The translations under genes and the position numbers were made by a program. A stretch of DNA of 39,685 bases from Pelomyxa schiedti (lineage: Eukaryota > Protista > Evosea), in assembly GCA_020536535.1 (NCBI GenBank), contig JAHLWZ010000947.1:1-39685 (forward strand), in the 5' to 3' direction. The notes below the pieces were generated by a model. The model saw only the letters and a list, made by a program, of their open reading frames with translations. It had not been told where the DNA came from and made no database searches. Of the stretch, positions 24,951 to 35,631 are shown piece after piece (the stretch's first letter is position 1; each line of letters begins with the position of its first letter).

Positions 24951-27396
24951 TTGCTGTTGCTGTTGTTGCTGTTGTTGCTGCTGCTGCTGCTGTTGCTGTA
25001 TAATTTGCTGTTGCTGTTGTTTCAGCAACAGAGTTTTATAGTTGTGTACATCTTTTGCTACTAGATTTAACACGGAACCCATATGGTCCACTTCTGATTT
25101 CATCGCAATTAATGCGGCAACAACCTGGGAATGCTAAGTGACAAAGTAGAATGCATTTAAATGGTACCTGATCTGGTGCATAGGTACTTTCGTCTATGTG
25201 GGAAGAAATCTGTGGAGTATTTTTTGGCATACTGGAGTAGTTTTGGAATTGCTGTGCAGTTCCATTGGAGTCGCTCATGCCATTGTGCTGTTGTGAGTTC
25301 TGATGCGAAAAAAGTGGCATTGATGGTGTGTGAACAGTTTGGGGAGACGGTAGAGTTTGTGTAGGTGTTTTGATTGCGTTATTTGGTTGTCCTACTTGGG
25401 AAATACTCCCCAGTTGGAATGGCAGTTGTGTGGCTATTGAACCTTGGGCAAGAGGTGGCGTTCTTTGTTGTGTGGATTGCGTTGGTGTCTGTGGTGTCGA
25501 TTGCTTAGATGGTGAGGGTGGTGACATTTGATTTGATTTGATTTGTGGTGCCGCATTTTGAAAGGCCTGCATTAATTGAGGTGGGAGGAGGTTTTGTGAA
25601 GAGTTCTGCTGATCGGCCCCATTAAACTGCTAGCAGGAAGTTGGGAAACGAAGATTAACTCAAAAAAAATACCTTTTGGTTTGATGTACGGAGATTGGGG
25701 GATTGGCTTGTCAACCTCAGCATTTGCGCCAAATCGGTTATGTGTGGAGGTGCTGGGGCTTCTTCAATAGGAGTATTGACATGTGAATTTGTTTGGAATT
25801 GTTGTAATTGCTGATGAAGTTGGTACTGAAGTTCAGCTTGCTGGGAATGCAACTGTTGAATAATTTGATTTGCGGATGCTGGTTGTTGTGGTGTCTGTCC
25901 TGCTTCATTTAGCTTGGAGTGATAGGTCTGAAGCATTTGTTGGTTGTACTGCTGAAGTTGTTGAAGCATCTGTTTTGCTTGGTTGGTGACTTGAACTTGA
26001 AGTGTTTGTTGGTCTTGGGCCTCTTTGGACTTGTCCTCTGATTTAATGTCTTGCATACATTGGTCTCCTTGTATCTCCTGCTGTGACTGTGTGCATGACT
26101 GAGGTGGTGAGGTCTCCAGTGGAGACACTTCAGGAGTCGGGAGGAAAAGCGGCTTTTTGTCGACTCTTTGTTCGTCACTGGCGAGCTCTGAGACCGGCTC
26201 TGTCTTAATATGTCGTTCCACCTTTATTACTTGCTGGGTTTGAGAGGGAGTTGAATAATCGTTCATAGTGTTGGCCCTAGTGTCTGTCACTGCACTTCCT
26301 GCGGTTTCAGGACTGTGTTGACTGAGCAATGACTCTGTATTGTTACTTGGGACGTCCGTATCTGGCCTAATCAGTGGTGCAGGGGATTCCTCAGTTTTGT
26401 CATGATCATGAGTGTCCAAAAGGCTATCCTCCTTTATGTCATTATCAGTACTATGCTCCTGAACTCTTTCAACGGCAGCATTACTATCAGGTTGAAATTG
26501 GGTTGAAGTTGAATTTGGAGGAACTTCTCCTGGTGCTGGGAGTTGTTCTGTTACTTCTTTTTGAGGAGACTGCTTCCCTTCGTCAGTCGGTGAGGAGGCA
26601 GTATCGTCTGTGTCATCAAACTTGATCAGGTCTTGTACAGTTTTCAAAACATTTTCCACAGTTGTATGTATAACGGCCGGGGAAGTAAAGTCACTGTGCA
26701 GCAGTGACCTGCAGAACTCATCCATTCCTCGGGATGTCAGAAGAACCTTAACGAACGTTAAAAAAAAACAGCCAACTTGCCAAATACATATCTAGATACT
26801 ATTTTTATATATAGACATAGGAAAAAGGGAAACAAGGCAGGGAAACACACCATGGCGGTTCCTTTTGAGCATATATTGAGGCTGACCAGCTTCTCGTGAT
26901 CCGTGGGCGTCATTCCCGGATCAACAAGCAGCATCTCCATCTCATTCCAGAATCTGCTCAGGGGCGGCAGCGGGGGCGGAGATGCCTGCGCCGCCGAAGC
27001 CGAAGCTCCAGAATCGGGACCGGAAACAAGGGCCGGTGCCGGTGCGATTGCTGCATAGGCGCTACTGTACAATGCAGTGAGAAAGAAGTCCGTGTAATAG
27101 ACTCGGCAGCTGTGTGTTGTGGTACACTCCAGCCGGGGGTACTCGTTTTCATTCAACTTTACAGGATATATCTACAATACAATGCATTACATTCCATTCC
27201 ATGTGAATGAAACACTTTGTTGAACAATAATTTAATTACACAACAACAAGAGGAAGGAAAAAAAAGAGGGAAAGGGGAAGGGGAAAAAAGGTGGTGGGTT
27301 GGGCTGGGGTATTGCCTCCCATCATGGGAAAACAACAACAAACAATTAGCTGGGCGGGAACCAACTCACCAGGTCCCATTCACGTTCCTCACACAT
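24547..27396 (-). CDS. Q/P/S/T-rich protein of unknown function with a small globular N-terminal domain (possibly XLF/XRCC4-like)
   Basis: A 27-nt first exon (27370-27396, MCEEREWDL) joins in frame via a GTGAG donor to IYPVKLNENEYP...; long open exons at 25655-26725 and 25036-25572; a short amphipathic helix VVAALIAMKSEVDHMGSVLNLVAKDV; polyQ; last exon ends ...NPPSHN*. Confidence 0.65.
24897..24998 (-). repeat. Mixed CAG/CAA polyglutamine tract (34 codons)
   Basis: (ctg/ttg)n on the plus strand, in frame within the Q-rich gene. Confidence 0.95.
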
Positions 27397-27681
27397 TCGT
27401 GCCGGCACGTTCGACCTGGTCGTGAAGGTTGTTTATTATGTTGCCTTACTAGGAACTCGGATATTCCCCCCCGTTCGTTATCGGAATGATCTTGAGATCT
27501 TCTAGATGCAAGTGGGGGAAGCGGGGGACAGGCAGAGCCGCCTATGTGTGGAGGCTTTCTTGAAACTAAAGTAACACTTTTTTTGCAAACACGAGGGGGA
27601 TAAGGCCAAAATGCAAAGATTGGCAGCGGACAACGAGTTGCTATTGCACAACAGAACTCATTTGTGCTCCCAAATATGCTC

Positions 27682-28166
27682 TCAAACAAAAATATCGGAG
27701 TGCCTCTGCATTATCTGTATCAAGCTTTCATACGTCCCCAAATCTGCCACTGGCATTAACAACACTCATAACTAACACAGATACCCACACAACACATACC
27801 AAAGTCATCGGCAAAGCAAGTCACGTGTGTGGCAACCATAGTCATATCCTGGTTCACTTTTCCAACAACCTCTACGATGCTCCCCAGCTGCAAAATCGCA
27901 GAAGCGCCGCTCGCCGACGCAGCGGTCGTAGTCGTGGTCGCGGCCGCGCCCGAGTCCGACGGCGGCGGAACCTTGATGTCGCTTAGCAGCTCGCTTGGTA
28001 CAGTGATGGTGACCTGCCCGCCGTCCGACGCGTCGACTTGGACGACGGTGCCGCTGGGCCTGGCGGACACGCGTCCGACGAGCGTCACGAGGCTGCCCAC
28101 GTAGCGTTGCATAGAGAGCTTGTTGACGCGCGGGCCGAGCAGAAAGAGACCGGCTGCGGTGGCCAT
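27682..28166 (-). CDS. RPA3: Replication protein A 14-kDa subunit
   Basis: PRVNKLSMQRYVGSLVTLVGRV, ASDGGQVTI, VEVVGKV, then intron 27744-27799 and DFDLGTYESLIQIMQRHSDIFV*. Confidence 0.88.
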
Positions 28167-28453
28167 CTTGTTGTATTGGTTTGTTGAGATCTTAGCAGAT
28201 CCAAAGAGATCCAGATCTATTCGGGGTGAGTGCTTCGGGATGCGGCGTATCTCTCTACAAGTAGGTCCTCGGGAGAAGCGGCTCCTCTGGCAGGATCATA
28301 AATGGACCTTTGGGGATCAGCTGACTGGCAATTGCTTTCCGCTCCTAGAAGCCGCCGTTAGATTAACTTGGGCCTTTTTAATCATCAGTTAAATCTTTAA
28401 CTTCGTTCCAACAAGAAAATTAAGAACAACAAACAACGATCACAAAACCAAAA

Positions 28454-28738
28454 ATGATGCAGCAACAACAACCATGCTACGTCCCGCCGCCACCAAACAC
28501 GCCGCCCCCGCCCGGCGCCCAACCAGTGTCCCCGGAGGCCTACTATCATATGCTCCAGCAGCAGCAACAGATGCAGCAGCAACTTCAACAGCAGCAGGCA
28601 GCTATGCAGCAGATGGTCGCGATGTCGTCCGACCCCGAGGCCCTCAAGCAGTTCGCCCTGCAGATGCAACAACAGCAACATATGTTGCTCCAGCAGCAGC
28701 AACAGCAACAGCAACAACAATTACAGCAGCAGCAACAA

Positions 28739-28771
<33 letters not shown>

Positions 28772-30348
28772 GGGTTCCTCATGCCGTCAGCGCCACCGAT
28801 GCAGATGGCACCCCCGGCGACATCCCCAGCAGTTCAGATGCAGATGCCAATGTCGATGCCTATCCCACAATCGCAACCGATGGTGCAGTACCAGCAGGTA
28901 CAAGTTCCTCCTCCTCCAACGGCACCCCCTGGGTTTGTAGCGGTATGCCTCTCGATTTCAAATTTGATTCAAAATGCCACTGCTTTATATTTTTATTCAA
29001 AACTACTTTTTTTTTTCCCTCTTCTACTTATTGCTTACTTGAGTAATTTTACAGAATGTTGTGCTCCCTCCAATGCCAGGGCAAGTGGGTTTTGTTAGTG
29101 GCTACTTTATAGTCAAGGCTGCGGGACTGTCTGGTGCTTGTCTAAGTGCCTGTGCTGACTCTGCTGGAAGTGTTGCCTTGTCTCCTTCTGCAGGTCCCTC
29201 TGAGATTTGGTACCTTGAGAAATGTGAAAACAATTCGGTCTCCTTCTTTTCGTATGTTTCCTTTAGGCAGACTTATGCAATAACCGTTCAACAGGAACAG
29301 AAATCGTTACATGAGATCAGGAAAAGGTGCCACTAAGCCCCTGTGCGACCGCACAGTGGCCAAGAGTCATGAGTGGTATGCTCCGGAACTCTGTGGAAAT
29401 TGCCTGTGCTTCAAGTAAGTTATGTGCTTTTCGTTATAGTCTAATATTATATTCAGGACGGCCCACAACCTCTACCTTGGTGTGAGTAATACCGGATCAG
29501 TTGTGTGCAATCGATCACATACATCCACGCCTGGTCTCTGTCTGGATAGCGCAACCATAGCCACTGGAGAATGGTGGACTCTTGAGGCTGTTCCCAAGCC
29601 TACCGCCGCTGCAACTCCCACAACAAGTTCTGTAACTACCCCAACGAGTGGAGGTGGCTTTTTCACGCGCGCCAAGTGCCTAGTTGGCTTCCACAAAGGT
29701 GAATATGTCTACGATGCACCAGGAAGCTGCAAACAGTCATTGCGGTGTGAGGCGTGTGGTACGGTAACAACCCGCACACAGCACCACGACTCTTTCAACA
29801 CACCACAATACCTCACACCAGGCAGTTGCTCCCGCACCAAACTCTGCAATCGCTGCGGGCACAGTTCAGAAGCTGGCCTTGTACATGCCTCCATGGGCCC
29901 TGAAGCCTGGTCAGCAACATCCAGCTGCACCCGGGTTTCAGTGTGCACTCGCTGCGGGACTGTGAAGAGCAGAGAAGATCACAGCTGGGGTCCCTACCAG
30001 CACACGTCCCCCGCCCACTGCTCCACTGTGGCATACTGTGTTCGCTGCGGAACCTCCCGCTCCGGGCCCATAGAGCACCGGTGGACTGAATGGAGAACCG
30101 GTGTGCACTCCCACCCTCCCTTCCATTTTACTCCCCAACTAACCACTCTTATCTGCATGTGCAGTATCCGTTTTCCCTCCACCCCATCACCCACCCCACC
30201 ATCCCCCACATCACCCACACCATCCACCCCCTCCTTGTGCCATTGTATCCCGTGAGAGAAGGTATGTGTTTCACTTTTATACCATTGTTTGAGGCTTACT
30301 TGTTGTGACTTTAGGTGTATGCACTGCGGACAACACGAAAGGTGCTAA
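28454..30348 (+). CDS. PolyQ/Pro N-terminus + fascin-like beta-trefoil region + five Cys/His (CxxCG) repeats; unknown function
   Basis: Splicing gives EIWYLEKCENNSVSFFSNRNRYMRS, CFKTAHNLYLGVSNTGSVVCNRS, GEWWTLE (fascin-like blades), five H...C-x5-C-x2-CG units (x8 in the last), and ends RCMHCGQHERC* at 30348. Confidence 0.75.
28555..28770 (+). repeat. Interrupted CAG/CAA polyQ coding repeat
   Basis: Directly visible in ORF 28454-29098. Confidence 0.9.
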
Positions 30349-30695
30349 CAAACCAAACAAAACGAAAAAGCAAACAAAAAAAAACAAAGGTCACATCCTT
30401 TTTTTTAGCGGCAGTTTTGTTGTTTTTCCTTCGCCCCGATCATGAAGCAGATCTTCAATGAAAGAGGATTTTCCCAAAATAAAACCAAACAGAAAATAAA
30501 GTTCCAACAGAATTTCGAAAAAGGAACAAAAAAACATCGGGGGCCTTTGTGAGGTACTGCGCGGCACCGGCAACACCAACGACAAAACCAAGCGCTACGC
30601 ACCCCCAACGCAAACCCACAATTGCGTATTCGAAACGCGTGCTAATCGGTCTTCGCAGCAGAAGACCGTTTTTTTATTTTTTTTTTTCTTCAAAA

Positions 30696-31641
30696 ATGTC
30701 AACCGAGGCGACTCCATCACACGTAGACACGTATAAATTGGTGCTTATTGGTACGTGTGACTTTTGGCTCCTCTCTCGTTGTTCTGCCTCGATATTTAGT
30801 GGCTGACTGTTGTTGGGGAACAGGGGAGGGAGGTGTAGGTAAAAGTGCTGTAACGTTGTCCCTCACTCAACATATTTTCATTACTGAATACGATCCTACT
30901 ATTGAAAACGCGTAAGTTGTTCCCCTCGAAGGCTTTATTGTAATTAATCAACTTCACCAGGTATCGGAAGCCTATGTCAGTTGATGACCAAATCTGTGTT
31001 TTGGGTATGATGTTTTTTTTTTTTTTTAAAGTGGAGGTGTTCACCACTGCAGATATACTTGATACTGCCGGCCAGGAAGAATTCTCTGCAATGGTTTGTA
31101 TTTCCGTATTGATAACGAAATTGGCACCTTTTTTTTACACTCATCCCCGGCACATCATTAATCTCTTGGACAGAGAGAAGCCTACTTTAGGCAAGGCCAA
31201 GGATTTATGATTGTGTGGAGTGTTGCGGACAAGGCAAGCTTCGAAGCTGCAGCCGAATTCCACAGAAAAATATTGCGTGTTAAAGAAGTTGAATTCTACC
31301 CGATGGTTTTCTGCGGAAACAAGGTATCCCTGAAACCCCCTCAAACGACCCTTCTTGTAAAACCCGGACTCATAAAATTACAGGTAGATATTCCTCCTTC
31401 CGACCGAGTAGTCACAGAAGCGGAGGGTAAATCCTTTGCAAAAGGAATAAACTGCCCTTACTTCGAGGTATTCCACTAACTTTGGCATTCGGCTGACCTT
31501 CTACAGACGTCCGCCAAAGCTCGGCTCAATATTGAGGCAAGCTTCGAGGCTCTTGTGAGAGAAGTACGCAAGTTTAACAAAGTCAATCTGCCAAACCACG
31601 AGGAGCGCATCAAACCACGCAAACCGTGCAACATCCTGTAA
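30696..31641 (+). CDS. Ras-family small GTPase, RasC-like, C-terminal CAAX (CNIL)
   Basis: [50 protein letters not shown], ...RKPCNIL*. Confidence 0.93.
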
Positions 31642-31800
31642 ATAAATTGTCCTACTCACTAGTAGTGCGCTGCTTTGTAACCAAATTAAGAGGGAAAGCA
31701 AAAACAACTTCTACAACTTTCCAATAGTAAGAAAGAAAAAGGCTCACAGAAAAACTGTTTCTTTTTAGTTTTAATACTATGACTGAAATGTAGTTGGTGT

Positions 31801-34800
31801 TTAGTGAGTATCGGGTATTTGTTGGTATGGGTGGTAGTACTTCTTGTAGTACCACCAGCCAGCAAAGCCCGCAGCACCCAAAGCGGCCACACCACCAAAG
31901 ACTGCAAACACAATACCGGCCTTGGCTCCAGCAGATAAGCCTGGATCCTGAGAGCATGGGTTAGATTGGGTGTTGGGGTGGCTGAGTTGGTACCTTGGGG
32001 TTGCTGCTTGACTCCTCTGTCAAGTCAGTCACCCGAACCGCGGCCATACCCTGAGCACCATCGTAGCCCGAAATGAAGAGCCAATAGTACACGTTGGCGT
32101 CCTTCGATGTGGTAAAGGTGGAAGAGGCGCGGTCCGCAGCTTCCAAACCCACGCAATACTCGTCGTCGATTATAGTCGAAATGCACCCTGTGCCAAGTCC
32201 AGTCGCTCTGCAACAAGGTTACTCTTCACCTCTTGTTCAAGGAATACATACGCATCACATCCGCTGTAAAACTCATACTCCGTATCAAAGGTTGTCTCTG
32301 TCCTGCAGGTATCAATCCGAAGTGTTTGGCTGGAACCACTGATTTTGTACCAAATACCTTGATTTGTATTACGAGAAAGAAGGGCTAGGGGGAAGACATG
32401 ATGTCAACCTTTGGTCGTGCTGCCCACATCACAATCACCACCACTTGGAATTGAGTACAGGTTGGAACCAAAAGCTGTGTAGGGATAGATTTGCGTGGAG
32501 AGGTCAATAGCACCAGTGCAGTCGTCGTTTACTGACGGTGTCTCTGGTTTATGGTAAGAGAGGTCATACAACAGGGGACCTTACCCTCGAGGACAGTCAG
32601 TTGGAAAATTCCCGTGGCAGATCCGTAGCCGGAAACTAAAATATAGTACAAGTTTCCTGCCACCGAGACCCAGGTCACACGAGATTGCGACTGGCCACAC
32701 ACGGTTGTTCCCGTGGCGTCATCGTTTGAAGCGATGCAATTACCCGTAACGTTAGTGCAGGCCTGAATAATGGAAATGTAAGTATCGTAATCGGTATTTT
32801 CCGAGCAAGTGTGAGCAGCAATCTTATTTCCGGTACCAATAACACTGAACCACATGCCTTGTCCATATGAGAAAGGTGGGAAAAAAACAAATGGAAACCT
32901 TGCTTAACCGCGTTCTGACAGGGCGAATATGAAGCCACGGACGTGACGGTTTCCCCAGTATACGAGTAAGGAAGAGTTATTGGATACGGGGTGTCACAGC
33001 GGCTGTACTCATTGGGTTCATCTTACGGTTATGTTTGAAATTAAGTCATTGAGGTGTTCAGCTGTAATACCTTCATAGAAATCAATGTGGAAGAAAGCGT
33101 AGGAAGTGTCGGGGGTTGTAACAAAAACGAAGTAGGACTTCTGTGCGACAGCCACCCACTCAACTATTCCTTTCCCATTGCAGGTTTTCTCCTCACTGAA
33201 CAATTTAGAAGTAGATTCAGACTGGGGATCGGAACCTCGTCGCAATGCATTGAGACATAGAGCACGACTCGTAGACTTCCATCAATACTGAAGAAGTAGT
33301 CTCGTTGTTGCAAACGGTTGCCTTGACGTTTTTGGAAACGGTACCACTCAATTTGACCTCAAACCACTTTCCTGCACTTTGTTAGACCGTAAAAAAACGA
33401 AATTCGGTACGAACCAAATCGATTACCCTCCACACCACAACCACCTACGGATATGGAAGTACTGTATGTGCTTTCAGAAGAATCGTAAGGAAGTGCTGTG
33501 ATTTGAGTTGCCTGCCAGCATACAGTATTGACAGCATCTTCAACTACAGAGGATTAGTCGCTTGAGAAACTAGAGAAATCCTACCAGCATCAACGGAAAG
33601 TGTAAAATTGCCTCCATTAACATCAGCCCTGAAACCAGAAACTCCGATATAGTAATCGGTCTCGTCGTTGCTCACCCAAGAAACCTGTAGTTGGTTAAGA
33701 CGAAAAAAGGGGTGCAGTTGTCCAAGCCTTAGAGTGAACACCACAGTAGTCGTCATTGTAACTGATGCACCCCACGGGTAGACTTGCACCGCAGCCATCG
33801 TAAATTTCAATCAGGGTATCAAACACCTGAAATTCGTAAGAGATGAAAACCTCATAGAAAGCTGACATAGTTGTTTGTCATGCAAGTCCAAGCAGCCAGC
33901 TGCTGGCCCGTGCCATGGACCACATACCACAAAGCTATTTAATCAATTTACAGAGAGTAGGAAGATAAGATAATGTACTGTGTCTCTCCTCATCGTCAAT
34001 ACATGAGCCACGGGTGGTAGGAATATCATCGTTTGTGTCCGACTCGATAAATGGTAGCTCGGTAATTCTGATAGCATCAGAGCAAGAATGATGATCAGGG
34101 GATCCCGCTAATCGATGGAGATAAGAAAAGGTAAAAGCAAGACACCTACCATAATCAACAAACAGCATGAAGTCACCGCGAATATTGTTGAACGAGGTCA
34201 CTAAGATGTACCAGGTCACGCCTTTGGTTGCTGTCCAGACCAGTTCTGATCCAGTGTCACAGCTGTCATCGTTCTGGTGGGATGTCAGCCTAAGTAAGAG
34301 AATTATATTCCATACCCAGTCAGAACATGTTCCAGGGCAGCCGCGGTACAGTTCAACGATTGTGTCTATCGAAGAGTATTTGCAGGTGTAAGCCTTGATA
34401 TCACTACCATTGCCCGAATACGTATACCAGAGACCTGGCTGAAGTAAGTACTGGGAGAGTTGTTTCTTTGTTTACCGGCTGCCTGAGTAACTCCGGTTCT
34501 GCAAGAGACGTTACTGTACCCAGCTGCCTTGGTGTTCCCACCAGAACTCCAAGGAATCTGTGGAATGCTGATTGCACTGGTGCAGAATTCGTTGTCGGGA
34601 GGATCAGCTAGGAGGAGTAAGTCTGGTTGGGTCACTGTAGAAAACAAGGAAAGTACCATCGGTCAAGGTTATAGTGAAAAATCCGGCTGCTCCCTGGAAA
34701 CCGGTGACGAAGATGTAGTAGGGTGTCATTTCAGCAGCTTCCCAGGTAATTTGGCTTTGCCAGCCACAATAATCCTCATTAAAAGTCACACAAGTATTGG

Positions 34801-35301
34801 CCTTTCCAGAAGTGCAACCGGTGAAGATGTACAGTATGGTGTCCCAGGATGTTCCCTGGCAGAGGGACACTGTCAGCCACCTTGCAGTCGCGGATGTGAA
34901 CACAAAGTACATTCCTGAAAATGCCAAAAGAAAATACAATAGCAATGAGTATAATAAAGAAACAACCCGGATTACCGACCTTGGCTTGAACTGAACATGT
35001 TGTAAAGGTCGCAAGTGTAGTTTGAGATGATCTTCCCAGAGGTCGTCGAATCCATCTCGAAACCGACATACGGAATCGGGAACGCGCGATCACATCTATC
35101 GTACGACTGCCCCAGGACAACACCCGCAAGGGCTAACAATACAACACAACCTACTGTAATCCCCACCCTATGACAGCGATTAAGTAAAAAAGACAAAAAA
35201 GAAAAAAAAGAAAAAAAGAGGGAACGCAAACAGGAACACGATATCGTGGGAGGAGGGGGAAAAAAACTAAAGAAAGATCTGGGTGGTGTGTACCTGGTCA
35301 T
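31801..35301 (-). CDS. Type I membrane surface protein: signal peptide + six Cys-containing beta-sandwich (PPC-like) repeats + TM + short tail
   Basis: MTR-VGITVGCVVLLALAGVVLGQ signal; six units with consensus C..A..I...P / G[LMIK]W[YF] / TC...DT.I.[IL]..GC / NDD.CG / V.W...YYI.V.G[FY]; TM GIVFAVFGGVAALGAAGFAGWWYY; tail KKYYHPYQQIPDTH*. Confidence 0.8.
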
Positions 35302-35631
35302 CGGTCAGCAACCGGTGTTACTTGTTTGTTTTTTTAAAAGAAAAATGACTGCGGAAGGGTTTTTTCCCTTTTCCAAAAACGTGACATCAGCGGTTTGAAA
35401 AAAAAAGAATCGCCCCAAAACCCTCTCCGCTCCCTGATGGAAAAATGCGGAGAGAAAGTTGCGGTCGTGCAAGTGTTACATCCATCAGACAGACTTCCTT
35501 CAAACCATCTCAGATGGTTGATACCTGCCAACATTATCCATGGCCAAATCTGGAACAGATGAAGGAGCTGCACACACTTTCGGTCCCTTTCAGTCAATTC
35601 GCAAGCTCAGATCGCACCAGACACCGCGGCG

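Noticed and set aside
28585-28782. Poly-Cys ORF on the minus strand
   Set aside because: Antisense shadow of the CAG/CAA polyQ tract.
31324-31334. U12-type intron candidate (GTATCCCT donor in Ras)
   Set aside because: Departs from the RTATCCTT consensus and no clear U12 branch point was seen.
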